Positions 18,270-26,384 are shown, counted from the stretch's first letter. The stretch: 64,000 nt of DNA from Oscillospiraceae bacterium (GCA_017427265.1 JAFRTG010000031.1:30303-94302); one strand, 5' to 3'. The notes: generated from the letters alone by a model not told the origin. Translations and numbers: made by a program.

Positions 18270-18274
18270 GAAAA

Positions 18275-18292
18275 GTTGCTACTTGTGTCAAC
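18275..18292 (+). repeat. ICE 18-nt motif, copy 1 (exact GTTGCTACTTGTGTCAAC)
   Basis: Intergenic. The flanks make AAAAGTTG...CAACTTTT. The T flank overlaps the PIN gene stop codon. Confidence 0.9.
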
Positions 18293-18294
18293 TT

Positions 18295-18714
18295 TTATTT
18301 GTTTGACTTAAATTTCTCCAGAAAGTCCTGCGGTTCAACCGCATTGATACTGCTGTTCTCAAAATCGCTGACATTCCGAGTTACAATATATTCAGCTCCG
18401 AATTCTTTTGCACATTCCATTTGCAAACAATCTTCAAAGTCTTTGAAATCAGCGTTATTCACAGCAGAACGGAGTTTCAGCTCGTCAACCGGCACGATTG
18501 TAAATATTCTGGAAATTGTATCAAACACTGTTTTTCTTTCAGCCAGTCCGAGATTTTTCCGGAGGATATAGAACATATTTGTTACACTGTGCGCAGCAAT
18601 GCAGCCTTCAATTTCTCGATTTGCGCACAGATAGACAATTTCTCTTGCGTTCTGATAATTGTCCCGATGACTGACCCAATCAATCAGAATATTAGTATCT
18701 ACAAGTATCCTCAT
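18295..18714 (-). CDS. PIN-domain toxin (VapC-like)
   Basis: 139 aa. N-terminal ILVDTNILID, later acidic motifs DFEDC and TRNVSDF. 4-nt overlap with the upstream small ORF. Confidence 0.8.
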   Translation of the reverse strand: MRILVDTNILIDWVSHRDNYQNAREIVYLCANREIEGCIAAHSVTNMFYILRKNLGLAERKTVFDTISRIFTIVPVDELKLRSAVNNADFKDFEDCLQMECAKEFGAEYIVTRNVSDFENSSINAVEPQDFLEKFKSNK

Positions 18715-18950
18715 GCGCCGTATTTCTCCTTGAAGTATTGATCGCGTGCCGCATCTTCGTCAACAGGGAACGCGGGTATACGCTCAATCAGGCTTTCGAG
18801 CTCCTGAAACGCCAGCATGGAATCTGCATTCTCCGGCTTTTTGCTTGCTGCATCCTGCGGATAAAGGCGACCGAATATCGAAAGGAACATCAGCAGATCG
18901 CTTTCGCTCAGATGCTCCAGCAGCGAGAAAGCCATTTCTCTGGTACTCAT
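18711..18950 (-). CDS. putative antitoxin partner of the PIN protein
   Basis: 79 aa and acidic. Translationally coupled to the PIN gene. SD AAGGAG. Confidence 0.55.
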   Translation of the reverse strand: MSTREMAFSLLEHLSESDLLMFLSIFGRLYPQDAASKKPENADSMLAFQELESLIERIPAFPVDEDAARDQYFKEKYGA

Positions 18951-18978
18951 AAGATCATCTCCTTAATCTTTTCAAAAA

Positions 18979-18996
18979 GTTGCTACTTGTGTCAAC
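18979..18996 (+). repeat. ICE 18-nt motif, copy 2 (exact)
   Basis: Intergenic, about 30 nt upstream of the antitoxin-like ORF start. Confidence 0.9.
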
Positions 18997-19034
18997 TCTT
19001 GTAGTTATAGTATGTGCCAAGCTGAAAAAGAAAA

Positions 19035-19232
19035 CTAATCATTGCTTTCAGAAAGCACAAACCCCACCATCTCACGATGAAGCAGATCTAAAATCAATGC
19101 ATTCACACTCTGTCCTTGTGATGATGCAAAGGCTTTGATTCTTTCCTTTTCTCCTTTCGGAACTGTGATTGTCACGCGATCATAATGTGCATTGTTCCAG
19201 CGGTTTTTTACTTCTGCGGTCGGTTTACTCAT
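19035..19232 (-). CDS. ribbon-helix-helix (Arc/CopG-like) DNA-binding protein
   Basis: 65 aa. The pattern RVTITVPKGEKERIKAFASSQGQSVNALILDLL fits beta-alpha-alpha. SD AAGGGGTG. Confidence 0.6.
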   Translation of the reverse strand: MSKPTAEVKNRWNNAHYDRVTITVPKGEKERIKAFASSQGQSVNALILDLLHREMVGFVLSESND

Positions 19233-19253
19233 TTGATCACCCCTTTCAAGAAT

Positions 19254-19282
19254 AGTATATCACAAAAGGCATACTTTTGCAA
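19254..19282 (-). promoter_or_regulatory. promoter of the RHH gene, overlapped by an operator dyad
   Basis: On the minus strand, TTGCAA-17 nt-TATACT. The dyad GGCATACTT-TTGC-AAGTATGCC (19268-19289) covers the -35. Confidence 0.55.
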
Positions 19283-19340
19283 GTATGCCATGCGCACAAA
19301 TATTGCGCGGTATTTCTCTTGATATTCTACATTTTGGATA

Positions 19341-19369
19341 TTGACATACTTTCGCAAGTATGCTATAAT
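19341..19369 (+). promoter_or_regulatory. perfect consensus promoter with a second operator dyad in the spacer
   Basis: TTGACA-17 nt-TATAAT. The dyad ACATACTT-TCGC-AAGTATGC (19344-19363) lies inside it. Confidence 0.65.
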
Positions 19370-19417
19370 AATATTATAGGGAAAGCACGACCCCAAAACG
19401 CAAAGGAGGACGATACT

Positions 19418-19654
19418 ATGACAGGACTTCTCACACGCGGACAGGATGCACAGATCATGAAGTACATCCCGAAATCTAAGCGGCACACGATTGAATCGTG
19501 CTGGAAGGATTCGGACGGCTACTGGATCACGCTCAAGGACGGATTCAATGCCGGTCGCATGGATAACGGCGGATGCCACACAATTCACGAGGACACAATC
19601 GCCGAGCTGCGGTATCAGATCGCCGGTATTGAAGTTGACCGGTACGCGGAATGA
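19418..19654 (+). CDS. hypothetical protein
   Basis: 78 aa from the ATG 8 nt after AGGAGG. Confidence 0.6.
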   Translation: MTGLLTRGQDAQIMKYIPKSKRHTIESCWKDSDGYWITLKDGFNAGRMDNGGCHTIHEDTIAELRYQIAGIEVDRYAE

Positions 19655-19699
19655 AACAAGCCGAGCCGGACGGCTAAATCCGGCAGAAAGGATAACGCC

Positions 19700-19951
19700 A
19701 TGAAGTACACAGTTGTTAAGGGAACGGGTATTCACAGAGCCAGCATTGAGCAGCCGGACGGCACGCGCAAGGTCATTGCACTGTTTGGCAAGGTCAAAGA
19801 GCTTGCGGAGAAGAACATCATCTTTCTGGACGGGAAACCGGCAACGGATATGTGGATAGTCCTTTTCCCCGATCAGGAAGCCAGCAGCCACGAGCTGGTC
19901 GATCTGACCGCTTGCAAGGATTACATCGAGCGACACTATCAGGAATCCTGA
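19700..19951 (+). CDS. hypothetical protein
   Basis: 83 aa. SD AAAGGA. Co-directional small-gene cluster. Confidence 0.55.
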   Translation: MKYTVVKGTGIHRASIEQPDGTRKVIALFGKVKELAEKNIIFLDGKPATDMWIVLFPDQEASSHELVDLTACKDYIERHYQES

Positions 19952-20003
19952 CTGAAAAGAAAAAAGTGGGGGAGCGAAAGCTCCCTCACGGAAAGGAAAG
20001 ACT

Positions 20004-20234
20004 ATGAATAATCCTAGAAGAAAGCAGCTTGCGGAGATTTCAGAAAAGCTGTCAGAGCTGCGCAGTATGCTGGAATCCGTTAAGGACGAGGAAGAAGAAT
20101 ACATGGAGAATATTCCAGAGAATCTGCAATCCTCTGAACGCTATGAGAAAGCGGAGAATGCAGTTGACAATCTGGATGCGGCGCTGGATTCTCTGGACGA
20201 AGCGATTTCCAGCATCGAAAGCGCGTCCGAATGA
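20004..20234 (+). CDS. hypothetical acidic coiled-coil protein
   Basis: 76 aa. SD GGAAAGGAAAG. Confidence 0.55.
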   Translation: MNNPRRKQLAEISEKLSELRSMLESVKDEEEEYMENIPENLQSSERYEKAENAVDNLDAALDSLDEAISSIESASE

Positions 20235-20280
20235 TTCTATGCCGTGCCGGTCGGCAATAACCGGCAGAAAGGAGCTTGTC

Positions 20281-20484
20281 ATGAAAGTTGGAGAGCTTAT
20301 CAAGAAGGTGCATCTCTACGGAGAGCAGAAAATCAAGGTTAATGACCGCAGCACAGCGCAGACGATTACTACCAAAGACCGATACTGCTTTGAGCTGGAT
20401 TCAGATGAAGTCCAGCGTATCCTGAAACTCAAAGTGAACAGCTTTGAAGTCAGAGATACCGGCTTGACCGTGTGGGCAGAATAA
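20281..20484 (+). CDS. hypothetical protein
   Basis: 67 aa from the ATG after AAAGGAG. The longer 151-aa ORF in the track is out of context. Confidence 0.5.
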   Translation: MKVGELIKKVHLYGEQKIKVNDRSTAQTITTKDRYCFELDSDEVQRILKLKVNSFEVRDTGLTVWAE

Positions 20485-20807
20485 GAACAGAGCCGGTGCT
20501 GCTGCGTGCGGCATCGGCTGTCATTTGGCAAAATGCACAAATTCAGCCAAAAGCTAGGCGAATCCCCGAAAAATAATTATGCTTGAAATCTGACGGTTTT
20601 CGTTAGCGTTTCGCCAGCATCCGCCAGCAGAAAATTCTGGACGAAATGAGACTAAATGGAATAGAAAATACTATACGGACTAGAAAGACGAAAAATGCTG
20701 CCATTTTTACAAGCAAAACCATTGAGCGATTGTCCAAAAGGCAATACACTGTCGGTTCGATTTCCGCCAGCACACTGCAACACGATGTAGAAAATGCTTG
20801 AAAACGC

Positions 20808-20836
20808 TTGCGTATCGTTCTGGAATATGATATAGT
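20808..20836 (+). promoter_or_regulatory. candidate promoter
   Basis: TTGCGT-17 nt-TATAGT, about 35 nt upstream of ORF 20873. Confidence 0.45.
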
Positions 20837-20872
20837 GATTGCAACGGGCAACAAAAAGTTGGAGGTGAAAAA

Positions 20873-21958
20873 ATGGGACGAAAGAAAGGCGTGCTTTTTG
20901 TTTCTTCCAAAAACGCATATAGAGCTGTGATTACTTATCAAGGGAAAGATTATCAGCTCAGGCAATCAAAGAATATTGATGACTGCATCGCTATTCGCAA
21001 GGAAGCAGAAACCGCGATTGAGAACGGAAACTTTCTGGAATGGTACGAAAATCAACGACAAACAGCTCGGAGGAAGTCAGATTTGACAGGCAAACGATTT
21101 GGAATGTTAACCGTTATCGGAAGATCGGACACAAGAGTGCAGTATTGGATATGTCAATGTGACTGCGGCAAGACCAAAGAATTCAATGGGAGCAAATTGC
21201 GCAAGGGATTTGCGACATCATGCGGCTGTGATCGTAAAGCAGCAATGATGATAGGGCGAACATCCGGAAAACTGACTGTATTGCGCGAATCAGATCAACG
21301 GAAAGGGTATTGGCTCTGTCAATGCGAATGCGGAAATACAAAAGAGGTCAGGGAGAATTACCTTCGCAGTGGTCTAATCAAATCCTGCGGTTGCCTTCGC
21401 AGAAAATGGAAACATAATCCTCGCACACGAAAAAGGGGCGAGATTCCACGAACGAAAAACCGAATCTATTATGAGGGCGAAACGAAACCGAACGGAACAA
21501 CCGCAACCGGCGTTTCTACTCACAGCACAGGCTTTAAGATTCAATATCTCCGTGAACGCCGGAATAAGACGGCAGAAGATTTATGCAAGTATTGCAATGT
21601 AACAAGAGCTGCTGTTAATCATTGGGAACAAAACAGAAGATTCCCCGATGATAAAACCTTACAGACCATTGCTGACGCATTGAAGGTCGATGTTGCAGCA
21701 CTACTGGAACGAAACATCCGCAGTATTGTCGATGTAATCCACATTCTGTTTGAAATTGCAGAGGACGGCAGTATTGTTCCGGATGCTGACGGTATCCGAA
21801 TTACAAACGATATATTGCGCGATGCACTCGCACAATGGTATGACAAACATGAGCAATGGAAATCCGGACAGATCACCAATGAAGAATACTATGATTGGCA
21901 GGATGCGTACACGATTGCAGACCTGTCTGAAAAAGAAAAAATGGAGGAAGAAAAATGA
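20873..21958 (+). CDS. DNA-binding protein: duplicated Cys-rich (zinc-ribbon-like) modules plus an Xre-type HTH
   Basis: 361 aa. YWICQCDCGKTKE...SCGC and YWLCQCECGNTKE...SCGC repeats. HTH segment TAEDLCKYCNVTRAAVNHWEQ. SD GGAGGTG. Confidence 0.7.
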   Translation: MGRKKGVLFVSSKNAYRAVITYQGKDYQLRQSKNIDDCIAIRKEAETAIENGNFLEWYENQRQTARRKSDLTGKRFGMLTVIGRSDTRVQYWICQCDCGKTKEFNGSKLRKGFATSCGCDRKAAMMIGRTSGKLTVLRESDQRKGYWLCQCECGNTKEVRENYLRSGLIKSCGCLRRKWKHNPRTRKRGEIPRTKNRIYYEGETKPNGTTATGVSTHSTGFKIQYLRERRNKTAEDLCKYCNVTRAAVNHWEQNRRFPDDKTLQTIADALKVDVAALLERNIRSIVDVIHILFEIAEDGSIVPDADGIRITNDILRDALAQWYDKHEQWKSGQITNEEYYDWQDAYTIADLSEKEKMEEEK

Positions 21959-22857
21959 ATCTCGAATTTGTATCTGTGGCTGATGCAGCCGCTATGTTGA
22001 AGTACACTGTGCCGATGATGCTGCGTGTTTGCGCAAGAGCTGCTTGCAGCCACCGTCCGTTTATTGTCCTTCGCGCCGAAGAAGGCGAAGATGATTTGAA
22101 ATACTTTATCGAGCGCAACAGCCTGACGCGCTATTATGAGTCGCGTCCTGCGAATGATCCGCTGATTGACAAGGAGATCGACGATTGGTTCTCTTATGAT
22201 GAAACGCTGGACTTGCTCTGTGGTGTCGATCTGGATTATGATTTTTCCGCACTTGATATTCTCATGTATCAGAATGACATAGCGGTTTCGTTCGCTCCTG
22301 ACGGAAACTGGCAGCTCGTCCGTACCAAAGCAGTTGAATGGAAAGCAGACAATGACGATGAGCTCTCCGCAACATTTGTCAGCCCGTACAAAGCAGCCGG
22401 AATGCTCGGTTACACTTTGCCGATGATGCTGCGTATCTGTGCAAGAGCTGTATGCAGCCATCGTCCACTGATCGTAATCCGTGATGAGGACGGCAGATAT
22501 TGGATTGAAGAACAAAGCCTTCTTCGTCTTTGTAAAACCGAACCGCTAAATGACACGCTTCTTGACGAAATCGAACCTTGTGACAACTGGTTTGAGAATG
22601 AAGGCTGGGCATTTGAGCAGAGCGACCGGCTGGACATTCTCTGCGGAACACAGATTGAAGATAATTTCTCGCTGGATGATCTTTCACTGTATTCCGATGA
22701 GATTGCGAACGGAGAACCGGCTGACGATTTGATTATGGATTTCGATGATGATCCGGAAGTATTCGACATTTTGCATCATGAAGTTCCTATGGACAGAGAG
22801 GAATACAAAAGAGAATACGGCAACGATTACATGGACGAAGGCGACATACCCGAATAA
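21955..22857 (+). CDS. protein with two excisionase/MerR-like HTH repeats and an acidic tail
   Basis: 300 aa. Internal repeat AAMLKYTVPMMLRVCARAACSHRPFIVLR / AGMLGYTLPMMLRICARAVCSHRPLIVIR. 4-nt overlap with the upstream gene. Confidence 0.6.
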   Translation: MNLEFVSVADAAAMLKYTVPMMLRVCARAACSHRPFIVLRAEEGEDDLKYFIERNSLTRYYESRPANDPLIDKEIDDWFSYDETLDLLCGVDLDYDFSALDILMYQNDIAVSFAPDGNWQLVRTKAVEWKADNDDELSATFVSPYKAAGMLGYTLPMMLRICARAVCSHRPLIVIRDEDGRYWIEEQSLLRLCKTEPLNDTLLDEIEPCDNWFENEGWAFEQSDRLDILCGTQIEDNFSLDDLSLYSDEIANGEPADDLIMDFDDDPEVFDILHHEVPMDREEYKREYGNDYMDEGDIPE

Positions 22858-22862
22858 AACAA

Positions 22863-22894
22863 AAAGGCGCAAGGCATCAAAGCCCTGCGCCTTT
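22863..22894. terminator. bidirectional terminator between convergent genes
   Basis: AAAGGCGCAAGGC / GCCCTGCGCCTTT stem. Confidence 0.7.
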
Positions 22895-22899
22895 CACAT

Positions 22900-23112
22900 T
22901 CAATCATTGTCTTTTACATACTCAAAAAGATCTGCGGGTTGACATTCTAATTCGCGGCAGATTGCATTCATAATTTCAAAGCGGATTTGTTTTTTCTTTC
23001 CGGTTTTGATATTTGAAAGGTTGACACTTGTCATACCTATTCGCTTTGCAAGATCGTTCACGGAAATCTTGCGGTCTGCCATTACACGGTCAAGTCTGAT
23101 TATGATTGCCAT
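22900..23112 (-). CDS. Xre-family HTH transcriptional regulator
   Basis: 70 aa. ISVNDLAKRIGMTSVNLSNIKTG helix-turn-helix. Confidence 0.8.
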   Translation of the reverse strand: MAIIIRLDRVMADRKISVNDLAKRIGMTSVNLSNIKTGKKKQIRFEIMNAICRELECQPADLFEYVKDND

Positions 23113-23834
23113 AATGCCCCCTTTATCATCAAAAGCACAATCATGTGTGCCGGATAGTAGACATAGAAGAACCAGCGATTCAGATTTTTGTGTCGGACAA
23201 TGCCACGCTGTCCGTTATACATCGAGATCGGTATGAGAGCAAAGAGAGTACCATACTGAAAAGAAAAAAGAGCGAAGCTGTCAAACTGTTTTGCATAAAC
23301 AAGCGTTTGCAATGTAATCGAAGCCAACACAAACAGGATTACCATTTTTCTTCTATCTCTCTCGTAGTAGCAGAAGAATATGATTGTCCAAGCCGGAATC
23401 AGATACGACCAGTCACCGAAATGCGCTAATGAGATCAGCACGCCGAGCAAGATCAGGCTGGGCGCAGTCTGAATCTTCTCGAAATCGAACAGCATCATGA
23501 CGATCAGACCGAGCGCAAGTGTAAACAATACATTCCAGTGCATCAAAAATTCTGCTGCGCTTTCCGGCATTCTTCCGTAAACGAACAGAAAGTAAATCGG
23601 CTGCGCAATACCGGCAAACATGAACATCCGGCGCAGATACTTTTTTCGATTTCTCGTATGCCGGTATCCTTCTGTCAGAAGAAACACCATAATCGGCGCG
23701 GTCAGCCGACCGAACATCCGCATGAAGTAGTAGAGTAAGCTGTGTTCATCCGCAAACAGATATGCTGTGTGATCGACGGTCATCGCAATGATTGCAAGAA
23801 TTTTCAGTTGTGTTGCAGTTAGTCCGCGCTGCAT
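23100..23834 (-). CDS. TraX family membrane protein
   Basis: 244 aa and polytopic. N-terminal LKILAIIAMTVDH signature of TraX (recalled from memory). Confidence 0.7.
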   Translation of the reverse strand: MQRGLTATQLKILAIIAMTVDHTAYLFADEHSLLYYFMRMFGRLTAPIMVFLLTEGYRHTRNRKKYLRRMFMFAGIAQPIYFLFVYGRMPESAAEFLMHWNVLFTLALGLIVMMLFDFEKIQTAPSLILLGVLISLAHFGDWSYLIPAWTIIFFCYYERDRRKMVILFVLASITLQTLVYAKQFDSFALFSFQYGTLFALIPISMYNGQRGIVRHKNLNRWFFYVYYPAHMIVLLMIKGALWQS

Positions 23835-25711
23835 TAGATGCCACCTCCGTTTGAATATTTCATTCCGTTTGGAACAAACTGGTTTTCGCGCCGCCGCCGT
23901 TCTTCCGCACCGAGCGACTGAACGAAAGTACCGCCGAAAACTTTTTCTGCTGTTGCCAAAGTGTCAGAGCTATCTGCAAGTTCTTTCTGTTTCTGTTCAT
24001 AGTCTGCCGCAGCCTGTCTGACAGTTTCTTCCTGATTCGCAATCAGAGCATCGACATTTCTATAATTCGTACCATTGATAGACGGATAAGATTTCAGAGC
24101 CGCTGCTGCCTGTTCTCTGGTAAAGAGCGTAGATGACTTCCCTTCATAGACAATCAGCAGCTTCTCTTTCAGATCATAAAACTCCTGCAAATCTTTTTCC
24201 TCTGCACGCAGTTTGCTTTCTGCATCTGCTGCTGCTTTTTCTTTTTCAGCAAAGTCTTTGCGCAGAGTATCAAGTGAAGCACCGTCATTGATTTTCTTGT
24301 TCAATGCCAGCAGCGAATCTAATTCAGAATCGTTTGTCCAAGCGTAGGGTTTCTGCTGGTTGCTTTTGCGCATCGGCAAAGCAGCTTTGCCATAAGACAC
24401 TATATAGAATTGCATGGTACGCAGCACAACCGCATTCGGTGCTGACTTCTGACGCGCTTCGGCAACTTTCTTTGCAAGCTCCTGTTCGTAACGCGCTTTT
24501 TCTCGCAGCCGGTTTTTCAGAGCGATTTCACTGTAATGTTCGCCAAGACTTTTCAGACGGATGAATGAACCGCCGTTCTCCGGTTTGACGGAAATATATT
24601 TCCCGCGCTTCACTTCGTATTTATATTCTTGCAGCAATGCAAGCAGATCATCAAAGTCTTTGCTCATCATAAGTAAACGGTCAATGTCATTGCGCAGCTT
24701 CTCGCGCTGATTATTTTTCGGACTGAATTCTTTTTCTATCTTTCGGATTTCTTCTGCATAACACTCTTGCGCTTCAAAGCCGTTCTCTGTTTCGTGATAC
24801 GGAATACCAAGATCATCGAGCCGCGCTTGCACAAATGCTTGCTTCTCTGGAATTGTGTAGAAGAAAGACATGAACGGAGATTTTTTTTCTCGTTTCAACT
24901 TTTCCGATTCATGCTTCACCAGAATCATTTGCTCTTTCAGTTGACGGATATTTTCATCTCTGCGATCACTTTCTGTTACGATGACGGAAGCGCGGAGCTT
25001 TTCTTGATACCTTTTTATATCTTGTGATTGCTTGTAATCTTCAACCGTCATGTGCGCACGATGCACACCTTTATCATCACGCACATATCCGTGTCGATGC
25101 AGGATACTTTCCATTGCTGCGCGTTCTGACGCTTCCCAAGCAACCAAACGATTTTGAGATTTTCCTTTGGCGCGGAATCCCATTTCATCTAATGCTTGCT
25201 TCATGGAAACACCTTTCGACAAACCGTTCTTTCGTCCATGCGTATAGAACGGAACAAAGTTAATGTGAATGTGCGGGCTTGCTTCGTCCAGATGAAGCAC
25301 GGCATTAAATACATGAAGGTTAGGATTTCGCTGCTGAAATTCTTTCATGTACTCGTCAAGCAGTTGTCTTGCAATCTCTCCACGCTGACTTCCGCACGGA
25401 GCTGTTTTCATATCTCCAAACTGAATCACGGCTTCATAAAATGCTTCCTCTCGTTTTCCCGAAGCGATTTGCTCATAATAATCTTTGATTCGGCGGCAAG
25501 GTTGTTTCTGTTTGGCGTTATATTCTTCTACAGCTTGATCGAAAAGCTGATGATATGCTTCGCGCACATCCTGCCGGACATAAGTCACATTCTGCTCTGT
25601 CCGTGACGGATCAATGTTCGGCGCGAGGAATTTCCGGTTGTTGTGTCGGAGGTTTGCTCCATGCGGATTGCTTGCCTTGCCCAGCGTAAAACTGATACTG
25701 TATGCGTCCAT
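23834..25711 (-). CDS. MobV (Mob_Pre) family relaxase
   Basis: 625 aa from the ATG after GAGG. HxxR (LRHNNR) and HxDExxPHxH (HLDEASPHIHINFVP) motifs. Long coiled-coil C-terminus. Confidence 0.85.
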   Translation of the reverse strand: MDAYSISFTLGKASNPHGANLRHNNRKFLAPNIDPSRTEQNVTYVRQDVREAYHQLFDQAVEEYNAKQKQPCRRIKDYYEQIASGKREEAFYEAVIQFGDMKTAPCGSQRGEIARQLLDEYMKEFQQRNPNLHVFNAVLHLDEASPHIHINFVPFYTHGRKNGLSKGVSMKQALDEMGFRAKGKSQNRLVAWEASERAAMESILHRHGYVRDDKGVHRAHMTVEDYKQSQDIKRYQEKLRASVIVTESDRRDENIRQLKEQMILVKHESEKLKREKKSPFMSFFYTIPEKQAFVQARLDDLGIPYHETENGFEAQECYAEEIRKIEKEFSPKNNQREKLRNDIDRLLMMSKDFDDLLALLQEYKYEVKRGKYISVKPENGGSFIRLKSLGEHYSEIALKNRLREKARYEQELAKKVAEARQKSAPNAVVLRTMQFYIVSYGKAALPMRKSNQQKPYAWTNDSELDSLLALNKKINDGASLDTLRKDFAEKEKAAADAESKLRAEEKDLQEFYDLKEKLLIVYEGKSSTLFTREQAAAALKSYPSINGTNYRNVDALIANQEETVRQAAADYEQKQKELADSSDTLATAEKVFGGTFVQSLGAEERRRRENQFVPNGMKYSNGGGI

Positions 25712-25759
25712 TTTTCTCAGACCTCGATTCTTTTTCTTTTCAGCCAAGTGCGATTTTTT

Positions 25760-25870
25760 TGCGGCAAGCCGAATTTTTCGGCTTTTAGTACCCATTTCGT
25801 GCGGAATGGGTACCGTTTACCCAATACCTGTTTTGCATGGACTAAAGTCACAGGCAAAACAGAATTTTCA
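25760..25870 (-). promoter_or_regulatory. candidate oriT / mob promoter region
   Basis: Cluster of inverted repeats directly upstream of the relaxase: AAGCCGAA-TTT-TTCGGCTT, GTACCCATT-N8-AATGGGTAC, CTGTTTTGC-N17-GCAAAACAG. Confidence 0.35.
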
Positions 25871-26055
25871 CTCCGTTCCAATATTGGGCAAAGTCTGCGA
25901 CCTTGACGGCAAAAAACGCTGCGCACCTGTTTTCCGGCTTCCCCGAAAATATTTTTCTCCGAAAAATAATTTGCAGCGTTTTGTCTGCTCCGCAGATTGG
26001 GGAATCCCCAAACCCCTGTGGTATTGCTGCGATGATTTTGTGCGGTCATTTCGTT

Positions 26056-26382
26056 TCACTCCTTCATATTTTTTCTGATTTCAGAAAAATAGTCATGCGG
26101 TTCTGTTCTTCTGAAAGCTGAAATATAAAATAACAACAGCTTGATTAACGGACAGGCTTCCTTCTCATAGAGGATGACCGCAGCGCGGTCATCCCCGTTT
26201 TTTTTCTGCTTCTTTGCAAAACGCATAAATGTGTCACGCATTTTCGCAGCATCCTTTGTGACTTCGTTATCTTCGTCTACTGCCAGCATAAGCTCAATCG
26301 TTTCAATGAGCTGATTGAATTGCTCTCTGGACAAATATAGATAGTACGGTTTATCGCTATGCGGTGTAAAGTTTTTTTCCAT
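26056..26382 (-). CDS. hypothetical protein
   Basis: 108 aa, tightly packed after the primase gene. Confidence 0.55.
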   Translation of the reverse strand: MEKNFTPHSDKPYYLYLSREQFNQLIETIELMLAVDEDNEVTKDAAKMRDTFMRFAKKQKKNGDDRAAVILYEKEACPLIKLLLFYISAFRRTEPHDYFSEIRKNMKE

Positions 26383-26384
26383 GA

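Noticed and set aside
23020-23037. GTTGACACTTGTCATACC, a partial (13/18) match to the 18-nt motif inside the Xre gene.
   Set aside because: Only one half-site matches, and it encodes the conserved HTH segment (GMTSVNLS). It is likely coincidental, so it was not counted among the ten copies.
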